Part shown: positions 28,089 through 37,845 of the stretch, piece after piece
Layout of the letters: every line of letters begins with the position of its first letter
Numbering within the stretch: position 1 is the first letter of the stretch
Virus record (IMG/VR): IMGVR_UViG_3300027782_000029
Span: 96,001 to 160,000 of that record
Direction: 5' to 3' (one strand)
Length of the DNA: 64,000 bases
DNA from: a virus
Taxonomy: Duplodnaviria > Caudoviricetes
The notes under the pieces: generated by a model
Told to the model about the DNA's origin: nothing
Database searches by the model: none
The model's input: only the letters and a program-made list of their open reading frames with translations
Made by a program: the position numbers and the translations under genes

Positions 28089-29059
28089 TTAGCATTAACT
28101 TTCATCTTGTCATAGATCCAAGAATACGTGCTCTCCATGCCACTGCGAAGAGAGATACTAGGCTCCCAATCAAACACTGATCTAAATAATGTATTGTCAC
28201 TATTTCTACCTCTTACTCCTTGTGGAGCAGAGCTATCATATATTCTTTTTACTTTTATGCCGGCGATGTCTTCAGCTATATCTACTAATTGATTAATCGT
28301 AACTAGCTCAGCACTTCCAATATTTACAGGATCGTGCATACTAGAATTCATAAGGCCAATAGTTCCCTTTACACAGTCGTCCACATACATGAATGATCTT
28401 GTCTGCTCACCATCGCCCCAAATAACAATCTCGTTTTTACCTGACAATTTAGCTTCTGCTATTTTTCTAGCTATTGCAGCTGGAGCTTTTTCTCTGCCAC
28501 CAAAGTATGTACCATGAGGCCCATAGACGTTATGGTATCTAGCTACGTGTGTAGCTATCTTATAATCCTCCATAAAGTGTCTGCACATTCTTTCAGAGAA
28601 AAGTTTTTCCCAACCATATCCATCTTCTGCATCTGCTGGGTAGGCATCCGATTCTTTTAATGCAGTAACATCTGCTGAATCTTGCTTAGAACCATTGTAT
28701 ACACAGGCTGAAGAAGTGAACAAGAAATTCTTAACACCGTTCTCTTTAGCCGCCATCAAAAGATGAGTATTAATAAGAACACTTAGCATGCATTCTGCTT
28801 TGTTATTTTCAATGAAACCAATACCACCCATGTCTGCTGATAGATTGTAAATTTGATCTACACCCTTAGATACATTTAAGCAGTTAATCTCCTTAGACAT
28901 ATCAGATACGGCGCTATGGACATTGACACTAGTGTGAATTTGATGCCATTCTGACATAGCCTTTTTGTCAACTGCGATAACCTGATGTCCTTGCTTAGCG
29001 AGTGTACCGACTAAGTGTCCACCAATAAATCCGCCTGCTCCAGTTACTAAAATTTTCAT
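28085..29059 (-). CDS. NAD-dependent epimerase (GDP-mannose 3,5-epimerase-like)
   Basis: TGAGGFIG, ADMGGIGFI, YGWEK, GGREKAPAA, GVRGRNSDN. Confidence 0.88.
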   Translation of the reverse strand: MKILVTGAGGFIGGHLVGTLAKQGHQVIAVDKKAMSEWHQIHTSVNVHSAVSDMSKEINCLNVSKGVDQIYNLSADMGGIGFIENNKAECMLSVLINTHLLMAAKENGVKNFLFTSSACVYNGSKQDSADVTALKESDAYPADAEDGYGWEKLFSERMCRHFMEDYKIATHVARYHNVYGPHGTYFGGREKAPAAIARKIAEAKLSGKNEIVIWGDGEQTRSFMYVDDCVKGTIGLMNSSMHDPVNIGSAELVTINQLVDIAEDIAGIKVKRIYDSSAPQGVRGRNSDNTLFRSVFDWEPSISLRSGMESTYSWIYDKMKVNAK

Positions 29060-29856
29060 GATGTTAAATTCCTATTCTCGTTATGGTTTTCTCTTAGTAT
29101 AAGATCGAAGTGTTCATTATACAACATTCTCATGTTCTTATGATTGGCTTTATACAACCAATTTGCTACACCGCCAGTTGCTCTTGTCCCACCCCAGGAG
29201 TAGTCTGATTGATAATCAATCCAATAGCAGCCTGCTACTTTTCCGTAATATCTAAACGCCCTATATGCTAGATCATGATCGTCCATTTCCTGAGGAGAAT
29301 ATGCTTCATCAAAGTAGTCTAACTTAATCAGTATTTCGTGATCTATCATAAGTGGACCACGATTTACTGTGCTTCTAACAGCAAAGGTATCTCTGTCTAT
29401 AGAAGATCTATCTGCATGGTTTGTGTGATTTAAGATATCACACCAGCAGTCATCTAACTCTTCTTCTAATTCAAGGTGTAAAGATCTTGGATTTATTCTC
29501 CAATCATGTGCAGTTCTTGCGGTGACGGCAAATACATCTTTAAAGGAGAATGGTTTTTCCATTCTTAAATTCCATCCCTTTTCTTTAATTACCATATCAT
29601 CTTGGATGATAATTACTTTGTTACCCTCGGCTGCTTTTAAACCAATGTTATTAGCTTTTGTTTCAAAAACATCGTCTGCATACTTAATAGTTGTATTACT
29701 CTTAGCTACTGACTTAACAACCGCTTCAGAATTATCAGTACAACCGTCCAATACTACGATAACTTCATATAGTCCTTCTGTGTTTTCGTATATGGAATTT
29801 AATACTTTATCTACAAGCCAGTCTTTATTGTGAACTGTTAAAACAATACTATGCAT
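29056..29856 (-). CDS. Glycosyltransferase family 2
   Basis: SIVLTVHN, VLDGCTD, IQDD. Confidence 0.8.
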   Translation of the reverse strand: MHSIVLTVHNKDWLVDKVLNSIYENTEGLYEVIVVLDGCTDNSEAVVKSVAKSNTTIKYADDVFETKANNIGLKAAEGNKVIIIQDDMVIKEKGWNLRMEKPFSFKDVFAVTARTAHDWRINPRSLHLELEEELDDCWCDILNHTNHADRSSIDRDTFAVRSTVNRGPLMIDHEILIKLDYFDEAYSPQEMDDHDLAYRAFRYYGKVAGCYWIDYQSDYSWGGTRATGGVANWLYKANHKNMRMLYNEHFDLILRENHNENRNLTS

Positions 29857-30529
29857 TGGGGAATGTAAACTTTCTGTATACGCCTACGTCATCATAGGGG
29901 AGTCTTCTTCTGGTGATAATGTTAGTTAAGATACTTTGATCATGTCTATGGTCCTTGAAAGAAGGGTGATTTTCTAAGCCAGAAACATTTTTTGCGTCTG
30001 TTAATATTCTAGCATCTTTGCAGTATTCTAGCCACTCTTTAAGTATCTCTTTAGATTTTACGTTAACAGTCCAATAAGACACTCCAGCTTCTAACTGCGG
30101 AGCATTCCAATACGTTTCGTTATTGCAATCCATGTACACAAAGCAGTCCTTCTTTGTCCATGTTGCGTTGTGATTTCCATAAGAAATAAATAAGCAACTT
30201 GAATATTTTAGCTGTGACTCTATTGTTTCGGTGATTGACTCACCATCAACTTCTGAAAAGAACATGTCTCCACTGTCAATGTAAAATACTACATCTCCAT
30301 CTTTAGCTTTATCCATTGCGTCAAGAATAATATAGGGCTTCCACAACCAATACCCTAATCCTCTTGGTTGATTTAAAATTTCTATATTTTGTTTGTAGAA
30401 TTCTGTATTCCTTAACCATTCGTGTGTGTATGGATGATTTACAAAACCAAGACTGTCTCCCTGTTTGACTAGGTTGTCTTGTCTTTCTTTAAATTTTTCA
30501 TCTGCAAAAGTCACCAGGTGCCAAGTCAT
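29849..30529 (-). CDS. Glycosyltransferase-like protein
   Basis: GYWLWKPYII, YIDSG, HRHDQSIL. Confidence 0.7.
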   Translation of the reverse strand: MTWHLVTFADEKFKERQDNLVKQGDSLGFVNHPYTHEWLRNTEFYKQNIEILNQPRGLGYWLWKPYIILDAMDKAKDGDVVFYIDSGDMFFSEVDGESITETIESQLKYSSCLFISYGNHNATWTKKDCFVYMDCNNETYWNAPQLEAGVSYWTVNVKSKEILKEWLEYCKDARILTDAKNVSGLENHPSFKDHRHDQSILTNIITRRRLPYDDVGVYRKFTFPNA

Positions 30530-30532
30530 TAA

Positions 30533-31120
30533 CTACTCATTATTTGCTATAAAATAACAGCAATCAGCTAAGTGAAAGATTGTAATTGTTCCACCTACAT
30601 ACAATTTTATGTCAGTATTTGGAAAATGTTTTTTGAATAAATCTACAGTCAATGAATGTGGATGACACTCATTGATCTCAGTATTGATTGGCTCAAATAC
30701 TCTCACCTTCTTTGCTACGTTCTTGGATTTTTCTAAACAAAGTTCTGGATCTATTGTGTGCTGCAAGAAATTAATAAACCATACTTCATCAAACTTTTGA
30801 TCTGAATCCCAATTTTCAAACGGTTCAGTAAATGCAGTTACATTGTTTTCTTCCCAGTAATTTTTAATCTCATCAGTAAAACTGTGATACAAAGGCTCAA
30901 CACCAACTACTTCACTGGCACCGGCAAAAGTAGCTAGGGGATATGGTCCACATCCAACTTCCAATATCTTTTTTCCAGATATATCTAAAATGCTATCTTC
31001 AAAAAAATCAAAATAAAAGTTTAAAAACCTATTTGCTTCTTCTATATTTGTTGACAATGCGTGAACATCTAACTCTGCTTTTTGAGCTTGATTCCATCTA
31101 TCTTGTGTTATCTTTTCCAT
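30533..31120 (-). CDS. Class I SAM-dependent methyltransferase
   Basis: KILEVGCGP...GVEP. Confidence 0.8.
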   Translation of the reverse strand: MEKITQDRWNQAQKAELDVHALSTNIEEANRFLNFYFDFFEDSILDISGKKILEVGCGPYPLATFAGASEVVGVEPLYHSFTDEIKNYWEENNVTAFTEPFENWDSDQKFDEVWFINFLQHTIDPELCLEKSKNVAKKVRVFEPINTEINECHPHSLTVDLFKKHFPNTDIKLYVGGTITIFHLADCCYFIANNE

Positions 31121-32058
31121 TAAAACAAACTTTCTATTTTATTAAGGAATTCTTGAGCTACATGATAGTAGGTTCCTTTTTCCTTTGCGTACTTTATGCC
31201 AAGAGCTTGTTTTGCTAGTCTCTCTTTTTCATTTTTAGAATATAATTCTACTGCAGATTGTAGCTCGTCATAATAATCCACATATACCACAACCCCATCA
31301 GTAGCCTCTTCTGCCACCTTACAGTCAGACACTACAACGCATCCGTATGCTAGTCCTTCAAATATTCTTTCTGTGGGTAGGCCAAACTTAGCATTTGAGT
31401 CGGAATTAAATCCAAGTGATATCTTAGAAGATAAAAAGCCATTGTTAATCCTAGACTCTTCATCTAATGTTGGCCAGTAATAATGTACGAAGCAGTTATA
31501 TCTTTGAGAGATCTGGTTAGTCCATTCTTCCTTATATCTTGCACCAACGTAACCACAGTCATAGGTATTATTTCTTTTTGCTACTAAAGAATCTATTTCA
31601 AATGGATTAAGGTCTGCAGAAAAAGGTAACTTGACATAGTTTTCTAAACCAGTGTACCAATCGATTAAACCGCCCCAATGATTTCTTAGTTCATCGGTTA
31701 TATTTCTATAATATTCTCCAGTAAATATATAATTTTTAAAAGGAAAATCTATTGACTTATCTAGGTAGTTTAACTTATATATGTTATGAAAATGCCAAAA
31801 AATCCAAGTACTTTTTTTGAATCTGTTTCCTAAATAGTTAAAAAAATCAAACCAATTATTTTCAATAGAATAAAAATGGTCAGACATAATAAAAATATTA
31901 TCTTTTGAATCTTCTATTTGAGAAAATTGCTCGACCGAATTAACCTCCGCTATGGCTTGACCATTATAGCGAAATCCATTCATAAACTTTGTTGTAGTAT
32001 AATAGTGAGTAACTGGAGTTGGATAGGTTGGTGTATTTACCATGTAAACATTTTTCAC
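31120..32058 (-). CDS. Glycosyltransferase (CgeB / GT-B-like)
   Basis: KISLGFN...TERIFEGLAYGCVVVSD. Confidence 0.7.
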   Translation of the reverse strand: MKNVYMVNTPTYPTPVTHYYTTTKFMNGFRYNGQAIAEVNSVEQFSQIEDSKDNIFIMSDHFYSIENNWFDFFNYLGNRFKKSTWIFWHFHNIYKLNYLDKSIDFPFKNYIFTGEYYRNITDELRNHWGGLIDWYTGLENYVKLPFSADLNPFEIDSLVAKRNNTYDCGYVGARYKEEWTNQISQRYNCFVHYYWPTLDEESRINNGFLSSKISLGFNSDSNAKFGLPTERIFEGLAYGCVVVSDCKVAEEATDGVVVYVDYYDELQSAVELYSKNEKERLAKQALGIKYAKEKGTYYHVAQEFLNKIESLF

Positions 32059-32070
32059 TATAAACGCCTT

Positions 32071-32751
32071 TTAGTCTGGGTTCTTATGAGCTGACAAATA
32101 AATCCAATTCATATCTCTAAAACTTTTAGGAAGCACGTCTGGCTCTAAACCAACCTTCCATAAGCAATATGGAAAGCTTACCTGGTCCTGGTATGACCAT
32201 GCTAAGTTTTGATGATGCCAGAGTTCTCCAAGTTCTTTTACTTTTGGATTAGTAAGATCTCTTGCCGAGACCCCGCATTCATATAGTCCATATTCTGTGG
32301 GAAAGCCTTCAGACATATAAAATGCCACCTGCTCATCGAGAGGTTCGCTAGCATACTTTGGTGGCCTTATGGTTGCTTCACCATAGGCACAATGTCTTCC
32401 ATCAAAATGTGGAGATGCTACAAAACCATTTTCCATATAAGACATTATCTCTACGACAAAGTTCTCATTTATAATTCCCATATCTCCATCAATCCAAATC
32501 ATGTATTTGTACTGATTCAATTCAGGGATTGAATGTGGATTTAATTTTGGTCTTTTAGATCTTCTTCTATTGTCCCAATTTTCGTCACCCAGTTGGCGTA
32601 CTTGCCAAGGACTTGGTATGTCAGGATGATTAACGTTGTCAGTAAAGTATAGATAGTCTACTCCATCAATGAATATAGACTGTATACTGTAATCATAATC
32701 TCCAGTCACTGCTGTACAGATTACCGTATTTCCAAACCAATCATCAACCAT
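32071..32751 (-). CDS. DUF616 / TOD1-MUCI70-like glycosyltransferase
   Basis: TAVTGDYD, YFTD, WIDG, DQVSFPY; start reassigned to ATG 32751. Confidence 0.75.
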   Translation of the reverse strand: MVDDWFGNTVICTAVTGDYDYSIQSIFIDGVDYLYFTDNVNHPDIPSPWQVRQLGDENWDNRRRSKRPKLNPHSIPELNQYKYMIWIDGDMGIINENFVVEIMSYMENGFVASPHFDGRHCAYGEATIRPPKYASEPLDEQVAFYMSEGFPTEYGLYECGVSARDLTNPKVKELGELWHHQNLAWSYQDQVSFPYCLWKVGLEPDVLPKSFRDMNWIYLSAHKNPD

Positions 32752-32977
32752 TTTCTTTTTTCCACTTCCACATATTTCTCCAGTGGACCCATTGCCACAA
32801 CATCCACATAGCAATAAAGCCAGGCTTATTGAATATGATTGCGTAGATGAACCAGGGGAAAGAGTGCAAGGCAACTACTAAGTGCCCTTGCCATTTTTTA
32901 TTTCCAACCATATAGCTGCCAGAAATACCTATTAGTTCCATGATAAATAGAAACCATGTCCATGTTTGTTCGCTCAT
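32744..32977 (-). CDS. Small Trp-rich membrane protein (PnuC-like)
   Basis: Three hydrophobic segments. Confidence 0.5.
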   Translation of the reverse strand: MSEQTWTWFLFIMELIGISGSYMVGNKKWQGHLVVALHSFPWFIYAIIFNKPGFIAMWMLWQWVHWRNMWKWKKENG

Positions 32978-33062
32978 GGATATATTATATCAGACTATTT
33001 CTTCCAAAGAAAGGATAAATACATCAAAAATACTAAGAAAAAAAATGTACCCTGCATGGCGT

Positions 33063-33278
33063 TCATGGTTCGCTCACGACTTTATTAATTAAAAAGAACA
33101 ATCGCATAAGATCATTATTAGTTATACTAAACACGTGTTGATGGCCATCTCTAGTATTGATACTAAATGTATGCGCATTAGTCAGATCCCCATCGGTACT
33201 AAGCATAGAGGCTTCTCTAGTTAGATTAATCTGACTAATCATTGGCATAAAACCGCTGAATGATTCTTCTTGGTTCAT
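33063..33278 (-). CDS. Hypothetical protein
   Basis: Start reassigned to MNQEES. Confidence 0.5.
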   Translation of the reverse strand: MNQEESFSGFMPMISQINLTREASMLSTDGDLTNAHTFSINTRDGHQHVFSITNNDLMRLFFLINKVVSEP

Positions 33279-33282
33279 TATA

Positions 33283-33570
33283 TTACTTTTTCTTCTTCGA
33301 ACCCTTAGCAAAGGTTGATACATTCTTAGGGGACTGACCCTTTACACCTTTTTCTGGAGTTCCAGATCTTCTTTTTCTGTCCACTGCACTCTTCTTTTGA
33401 GCAGGAGACATAGCTGCTGCTTTAGCAGCTGGCAGACACTTAGCATATCCTGATCCGCCATACCCAGATGTACCGCATGGTTGATACTTACCTTTTTTTT
33501 TGGGAGCACCAATATTGACCCATTTTTGGTCAAACCATTTAGTTAATCCAACACCTTTAGGACCAGGCAT
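33283..33570 (-). CDS. Small Lys-rich phage protein
   Basis: MPGPKGVGLTKWFDQKWVNIG...CLPAAKA. Confidence 0.65.
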   Translation of the reverse strand: MPGPKGVGLTKWFDQKWVNIGAPKKKGKYQPCGTSGYGGSGYAKCLPAAKAAAMSPAQKKSAVDRKRRSGTPEKGVKGQSPKNVSTFAKGSKKKK

Positions 33571-33571
33571 G

Positions 33572-33751
33572 CTACTTCTTCTTTGCAGCTTTTTTGGCAG
33601 AAACAGTCTTCCAAGTTCCGCCCATCGACTTATACTTCTTTGCTGCCCATGCATTAGCATAGGCAGAAGGGTAGACATCGAACTTAGATTTGGCTTGGGA
33701 TTTAGCCGAAGACCACAAAGCTACCTTTGTAGGCTTGTTGACCTTAGCCAT
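33572..33751 (-). CDS. Small Lys-rich phage protein (YPSAYANAW motif)
   Basis: Manually translated, 59 aa. Confidence 0.65.
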   Translation of the reverse strand: MAKVNKPTKVALWSSAKSQAKSKFDVYPSAYANAWAAKKYKSMGGTWKTVSAKKAAKKK

Positions 33752-33891
33752 TACTTCTTCTTTGCTGATTTCTTTGCAGCAATAGCCTTTTGAATAAATG
33801 GTGGAAGCTTCTTTTGAGAAGCTGTCATGCCACCTGTTTTTGCAGCTGGCTTTGCCATCATTTTTTTTGCGGATGCTTTTTTCATTGCCAT
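33751..33891 (-). CDS. Small Lys/Ala-rich protein
   Basis: Manually translated MAMKKASAKK..., 46 aa. Confidence 0.55.
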   Translation of the reverse strand: MAMKKASAKKMMAKPAAKTGGMTASQKKLPPFIQKAIAAKKSAKKK

Positions 33892-33900
33892 AATAATTTC

Positions 33901-34065
33901 CTACTTTTTCTTGGTTGTTTTAATTTTTGAGCTAAAGGTCTTAGCAGTTGCTGCTTCAGACTTATATTTCTTTGCTTTTGGAACGCTCTTTGAGCCATCC
34001 ATAGTTCTATCTAGTATCTTGTTTGCGTTATTTAAAACGGAAAACTTTGCTTTTTTTGCGGCCAT
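33901..34065 (-). CDS. Small Lys-rich protein
   Basis: Manually translated MAAKKAKFS..., 54 aa. Confidence 0.55.
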   Translation of the reverse strand: MAAKKAKFSVLNNANKILDRTMDGSKSVPKAKKYKSEAATAKTFSSKIKTTKKK

Positions 34066-34066
34066 T

Positions 34067-34276
34067 TTATTTACCTTTTTTGTTGATCTTTTTTAATGTC
34101 TTTGCAAGGTTTGCCTGCTGTACAGTTAACTTGCTATACTTACCTGGATTTTTGGTAACAGCAGCTGCCATATCTGATACAGATTTGCCAGCTTTTTTAG
34201 CTTTTCTTGTAAAAGCACCGGGTCTTTTAATCGCTCCAGCTATCCAGTTTTTATCTGAACTTTTTTTATCTGCCAT
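34067..34276 (-). CDS. Small Lys-rich protein
   Basis: MADKKSSDKNWIAGAIKRPGAF. Confidence 0.6.
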   Translation of the reverse strand: MADKKSSDKNWIAGAIKRPGAFTRKAKKAGKSVSDMAAAVTKNPGKYSKLTVQQANLAKTLKKINKKGK

Positions 34277-34359
34277 ACATAGTCCTTTAATGAGGTAATG
34301 GGAGTAATACATATATAGTACCACTCCCATTACCAAATGTCGTCTCAAAAAGAGAGTTA

Positions 34360-34590
34360 TCAGCCGATAACTTTACCCTTAGAGTTCTTGATTGGACGCT
34401 TTGCAACCTTCATCTGACCAGTACTTGCTGATGGCTTAGGAGCCGAAGTACCTTTTTTCTCGATGTTCTTACCCTTAGTGTCCTTGATTGGGCGAACGCC
34501 CATTTTTGCCTGACCCGTGCTTACGCTTGGCTCTGGGGCAGAAACACTTCCGCCTTTTGACATTTTGCTTGAAGCTTTCTTCATTGCCAT
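34360..34590 (-). CDS. Small Lys-rich protein with internal duplication
   Basis: APEPSVSTGQ / APKPSASTGQ repeated. Confidence 0.6.
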   Translation of the reverse strand: MAMKKASSKMSKGGSVSAPEPSVSTGQAKMGVRPIKDTKGKNIEKKGTSAPKPSASTGQMKVAKRPIKNSKGKVIG

Positions 34591-34619
34591 TTTATTTTCT
34601 CCTTGATTTAATACTAGTA

Positions 34620-34850
34620 TTATTTTCTCCGATGAGATTTAAGATGTACATCAATCTTATCGTCGACCTTATCAACCTGATCATCTAAATGATCAAGCTT
34701 TTGATGCAAATGAATGATATCATCCTTTACATTCACGAGCAAGTTGGCAACCACGTTGTGGTCATCCCTATTTTCTTTACGACCCATTTGCACAAGTGCT
34801 GCTATAACTCCACCCACAGCTGCTATAAGTGCTACAAAAACTGCTTCCAT
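34620..34850 (-). CDS. Holin-like / membrane coiled-coil protein
   Basis: N-terminal TM helix then coiled coil; in-frame CGGA three codons before the stop. Confidence 0.6.
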   Translation of the reverse strand: MEAVFVALIAAVGGVIAALVQMGRKENRDDHNVVANLLVNVKDDIIHLHQKLDHLDDQVDKVDDKIDVHLKSHRRK

Positions 34851-34854
34851 ATGA

Positions 34855-35142
34855 TTACCACTTTACCTTATTGGCCCAATAAGCTGCCGACATCTTACCC
34901 TTAGCTATATTGTCGGCGTGTCTTGCTTGGAAGGACTTTCTTCTAGCTGCATATGACTTTGACTCACCCTTCTTTTTAGGGGATCCAGATACACCCTGTT
35001 GACCAAATCTAATTGTCTTAACCTTGTCCCCATCTTTAGCTACCACTACGTGAGACTTCTTTGGATGAGTAGGGGTACGCTTAGGTTGATTAAACCCTGA
35101 TACGCCAGCTTTAGTTAAGCGAGAATCCTTCTTGGCTGCCAT
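34855..35142 (-). CDS. Basic phage protein (KTIRFGQQG...SFQARH...YWANKVKW)
   Basis: Recognisable small phage protein motif. Confidence 0.65.
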   Translation of the reverse strand: MAAKKDSRLTKAGVSGFNQPKRTPTHPKKSHVVVAKDGDKVKTIRFGQQGVSGSPKKKGESKSYAARRKSFQARHADNIAKGKMSAAYWANKVKW

Positions 35143-35231
35143 TGCACTACTTCTTCTTGCTAGATGGTTTTTCGGACTTTGTAGGAACAACATTATACAT
35201 AAAGTCAGATGATAGTGACGAAGAATTTTTT

Positions 35232-35423
35232 TTACTTGGAGCGCTTTTTGCTGGAGCTACTTGCTTTTTTGCCATTTGATTTAGATCCTTTAAATTTATT
35301 TATATCTGTTTTTTTTACTTTTGGTAAAGGCATTACTACGCCATTCATTACTCTACTCGTTCCCATCTTAGGTTTTGTTAAGTATGTAAAACGAGAGATT
35401 CCAGTGAATTGCTTTATGGCCAT
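35232..35423 (-). CDS. Small Lys-rich protein
   Basis: ORF track. Confidence 0.55.
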   Translation of the reverse strand: MAIKQFTGISRFTYLTKPKMGTSRVMNGVVMPLPKVKKTDINKFKGSKSNGKKASSSSKKRSK

Positions 35424-35592
35424 AGGTTTTATTGTTCTTCTTGAGGTATGTCTATGTTATTAGCTTCTTGTTGAATATTTGCCTCAACTTGATACTGCTG
35501 ATCTAAATGTCTTTGCTCATTTTTATTTGACCAAGAACCTTTTATAATCCTGCGATATTGTGCTGTAGACATGAATTCTATAGTAATACAAA

Positions 35593-35635
35593 AAACGGGA
35601 TAACTCCCCCATTAATGGAAAGAGTTATCCCGTTT
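35593..35635. terminator. Intrinsic terminator-like hairpin
   Basis: AAACGGGATAACTC / GAGTTATCCCGTTT 14-bp stem. Confidence 0.65.
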
Positions 35636-35641
35636 AATGAA

Positions 35642-35926
35642 TCAGGATGACTTCTTAGGTCTACCTTTTGGCTTTGGCTTACTTGCAGTTGAAGCCCCTG
35701 TAGTCTTCTTGGCTGAAGCTTTTGGAACCTTTTTCTCTACGGTTTTAACCACTTCTGCTGCCTCTTTAGTGGCTACTTCTACCACTACCTTGACAGATTC
35801 CTCAACCTTTTCGGCAACTTCCTCTACATCGGCAACCACTTGATCAATAACACTGTTTACGATAGCGTTATCTCCCTTAAATTTCAATGCTCTTTTTTTA
35901 AAAATACTAGCTAGTTTCTTAATCAT
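35642..35926 (-). CDS. Hypothetical protein with Lys-rich C-terminus
   Basis: ORF track. Confidence 0.6.
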   Translation of the reverse strand: MIKKLASIFKKRALKFKGDNAIVNSVIDQVVADVEEVAEKVEESVKVVVEVATKEAAEVVKTVEKKVPKASAKKTTGASTASKPKPKGRPKKSS

Positions 35927-36073
35927 TATTTTCCTTGTTTCTTGTTGATTGAATTAATTCAAAACCTGAATACCTTTAGGCCTAGCATTCAGATTTTCAG
36001 CTGTTTTAAAGCTGAATTTTAATTTTACACTACAAAAGCTAAAATTGCAACTTTTATAGTATATTATTAAACC

Positions 36074-36394
36074 TTATTTGCCCTGTTGAGATTCCTTGAT
36101 GATTGAGTATCTTTCACCAGTTTCTCTAGAGACTATCCCAAAACCGTCTGCAGCTGCCTGTTTGACGGCCTCTGATAAAGCCTCTCTGTCTGAAGGGTCT
36201 ATGCCTGTAAGCGGAATTGTAACTCCTGCGTACACGTCTATGTTTTCAAAATTGCCAATATTAATTTTTCTATTTACACCACAGATAAAAACTGGGTTAG
36301 TAGAAACTGTTATTTCTTGAGTCATTAAATTTACCACCTGGTCTAATGGGGAGTCTATCGATTGTTCTAATGCGTTTTTACTTATCTTAGGCAC
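36074..36394 (-). CDS. Hypothetical protein
   Basis: ORF track. Confidence 0.6.
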   Translation of the reverse strand: MPKISKNALEQSIDSPLDQVVNLMTQEITVSTNPVFICGVNRKINIGNFENIDVYAGVTIPLTGIDPSDREALSEAVKQAAADGFGIVSRETGERYSIIKESQQGK

Positions 36395-37178
36395 TTTGCA
36401 CCTGCAGTACTCCTATTGCTTCTAATGTTGCTTTTGTTTGTTGTTTTATGTCCATATTTGTTGTATCTATTACGGCTGTTGCCATCTCTTTTACTATGGA
36501 GATTTGTTGTTCTGACTTATGATTCATGTGTTCATCACTCATAAGTGTACCATCTCTAGCTAAAATTCTTTGATCCAGAACTGACTGATCGGCATCAAAG
36601 CACACGATCATTCCGTTAGGCTGTTCAAGGATTGTTCTAGCTTCATTTTCAAATCTTACATCAGATATAATTACCGCAAATGCTGCTGCAAATTGAACTG
36701 AATCTTCATCGGCTGACCTAATGTAATTATTATAGATCTTATTTGCCTTTGATATTCCCCACTTAGCAAAGCAATCTTCAAATCCTTCTCTGCATATGTC
36801 TCCAGCATTTTGGAGGAACGATCTTGGCTTATATCCTTCTGGTTCTATTGGAAGATTCTTGATCTTATTAACTCTGTCTATGAAGTCTTCATAGTTGGGA
36901 ATAGAACCTATGGCTGAAGATCCGTATATATCATAGAGAACTGAATGTATTGCATACAACTGTCTAGAATCTTGATTTACTCCAGAAATAGTTCTCCTAA
37001 TAGAAGAGAACTCATAAATAGGAAGGGCATAGAAAATGTGATCCCACACTATTCCATACGAAGAAGTAGAGAAAGAACCCTTTGGAACTATTTGTTCTGC
37101 CACAGATGTCTTTCCACTACCAGCTTTTCCAGCTAATCCTAGAATGATTGGTGAATTTGATTTAATGTTTTTTTCCAT
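36387..37178 (-). CDS. Deoxynucleoside monophosphate kinase
   Basis: P-loop GLAGKAGSGKT, FYALP, R..LQ..G, IISDVRFENE. Confidence 0.8.
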   Translation of the reverse strand: MEKNIKSNSPIILGLAGKAGSGKTSVAEQIVPKGSFSTSSYGIVWDHIFYALPIYEFSSIRRTISGVNQDSRQLYAIHSVLYDIYGSSAIGSIPNYEDFIDRVNKIKNLPIEPEGYKPRSFLQNAGDICREGFEDCFAKWGISKANKIYNNYIRSADEDSVQFAAAFAVIISDVRFENEARTILEQPNGMIVCFDADQSVLDQRILARDGTLMSDEHMNHKSEQQISIVKEMATAVIDTTNMDIKQQTKATLEAIGVLQVQSA

Positions 37179-37194
37179 GAAAGATATTATACCA

Positions 37195-37629
37195 CTATTT
37201 TTTGTTGATTATTTGTTTTCGTTGCTTTAATTGATCTAAAAATTCGTTTGCTAAGAAGTCTGCCTCCCAAACAAAGGACCTATCAACTTGCAGAACCCTA
37301 AAAGGATACTCTTGTCTTATGTCTTCGATAGTCATAAGAAGGGGTATCAAAGATGAGTTTCTGCAAACCCATTTTCCGTTTATATGATTTGCAACAACAG
37401 CTGAATCTGTATATATAATAGGATCTAAAAAGTCTGACATTGAACATATCAATAACGCAGCTATTACTGCCTCATACTCTGCTTCATTATTACTTCTCGG
37501 CCCTAGACCTCTAGCAAACTGAGCAACCTTTTTTCTATTCTTATATACTACCGCTGCACATGAAGCTTCTCCGATCTTTTTTTGACCCTGTCCCCTAGAC
37601 GCTCCATCGCAAAAAACTTCTATATTCAT
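37195..37629 (-). CDS. rnhA: Ribonuclease HI
   Basis: FCDGASRG, SNNEAEYEAV, TDSAVV, ADFLAN. Confidence 0.9.
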   Translation of the reverse strand: MNIEVFCDGASRGQGQKKIGEASCAAVVYKNRKKVAQFARGLGPRSNNEAEYEAVIAALLICSMSDFLDPIIYTDSAVVANHINGKWVCRNSSLIPLLMTIEDIRQEYPFRVLQVDRSFVWEADFLANEFLDQLKQRKQIINKK

Positions 37630-37633
37630 TTAG

Positions 37634-37843
37634 TCAGTCAACTTTTACGTCAGTCTTAATTCCCAACTGACTAGCTCGGCTATTGATATTATCTTTTTGA
37701 GATTTAGTTGCAGCAAAGTGAGTTGCAAGTAGCAAGTATCTTTCCCCATCTAATACTGCTTGAGTTGGAAAATCTAATTGATCTCTAACAGAAGAGTAGA
37801 ACTCTTTACTGGCGTTTACTGATTTATAATGTCCTATGTACAT
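37634..37843 (-). CDS. Hypothetical protein
   Basis: ORF track. Confidence 0.55.
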   Translation of the reverse strand: MYIGHYKSVNASKEFYSSVRDQLDFPTQAVLDGERYLLLATHFAATKSQKDNINSRASQLGIKTDVKVD

Positions 37844-37845
37844 GT

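Noticed and set aside
32752-32874. N-terminal extensions in the ORF track (32874, 33678, 34348, 39271, 55227, 56974, 60624 starts)
   Set aside because: They overlap upstream genes in another frame; downstream ATGs with better spacing were chosen.
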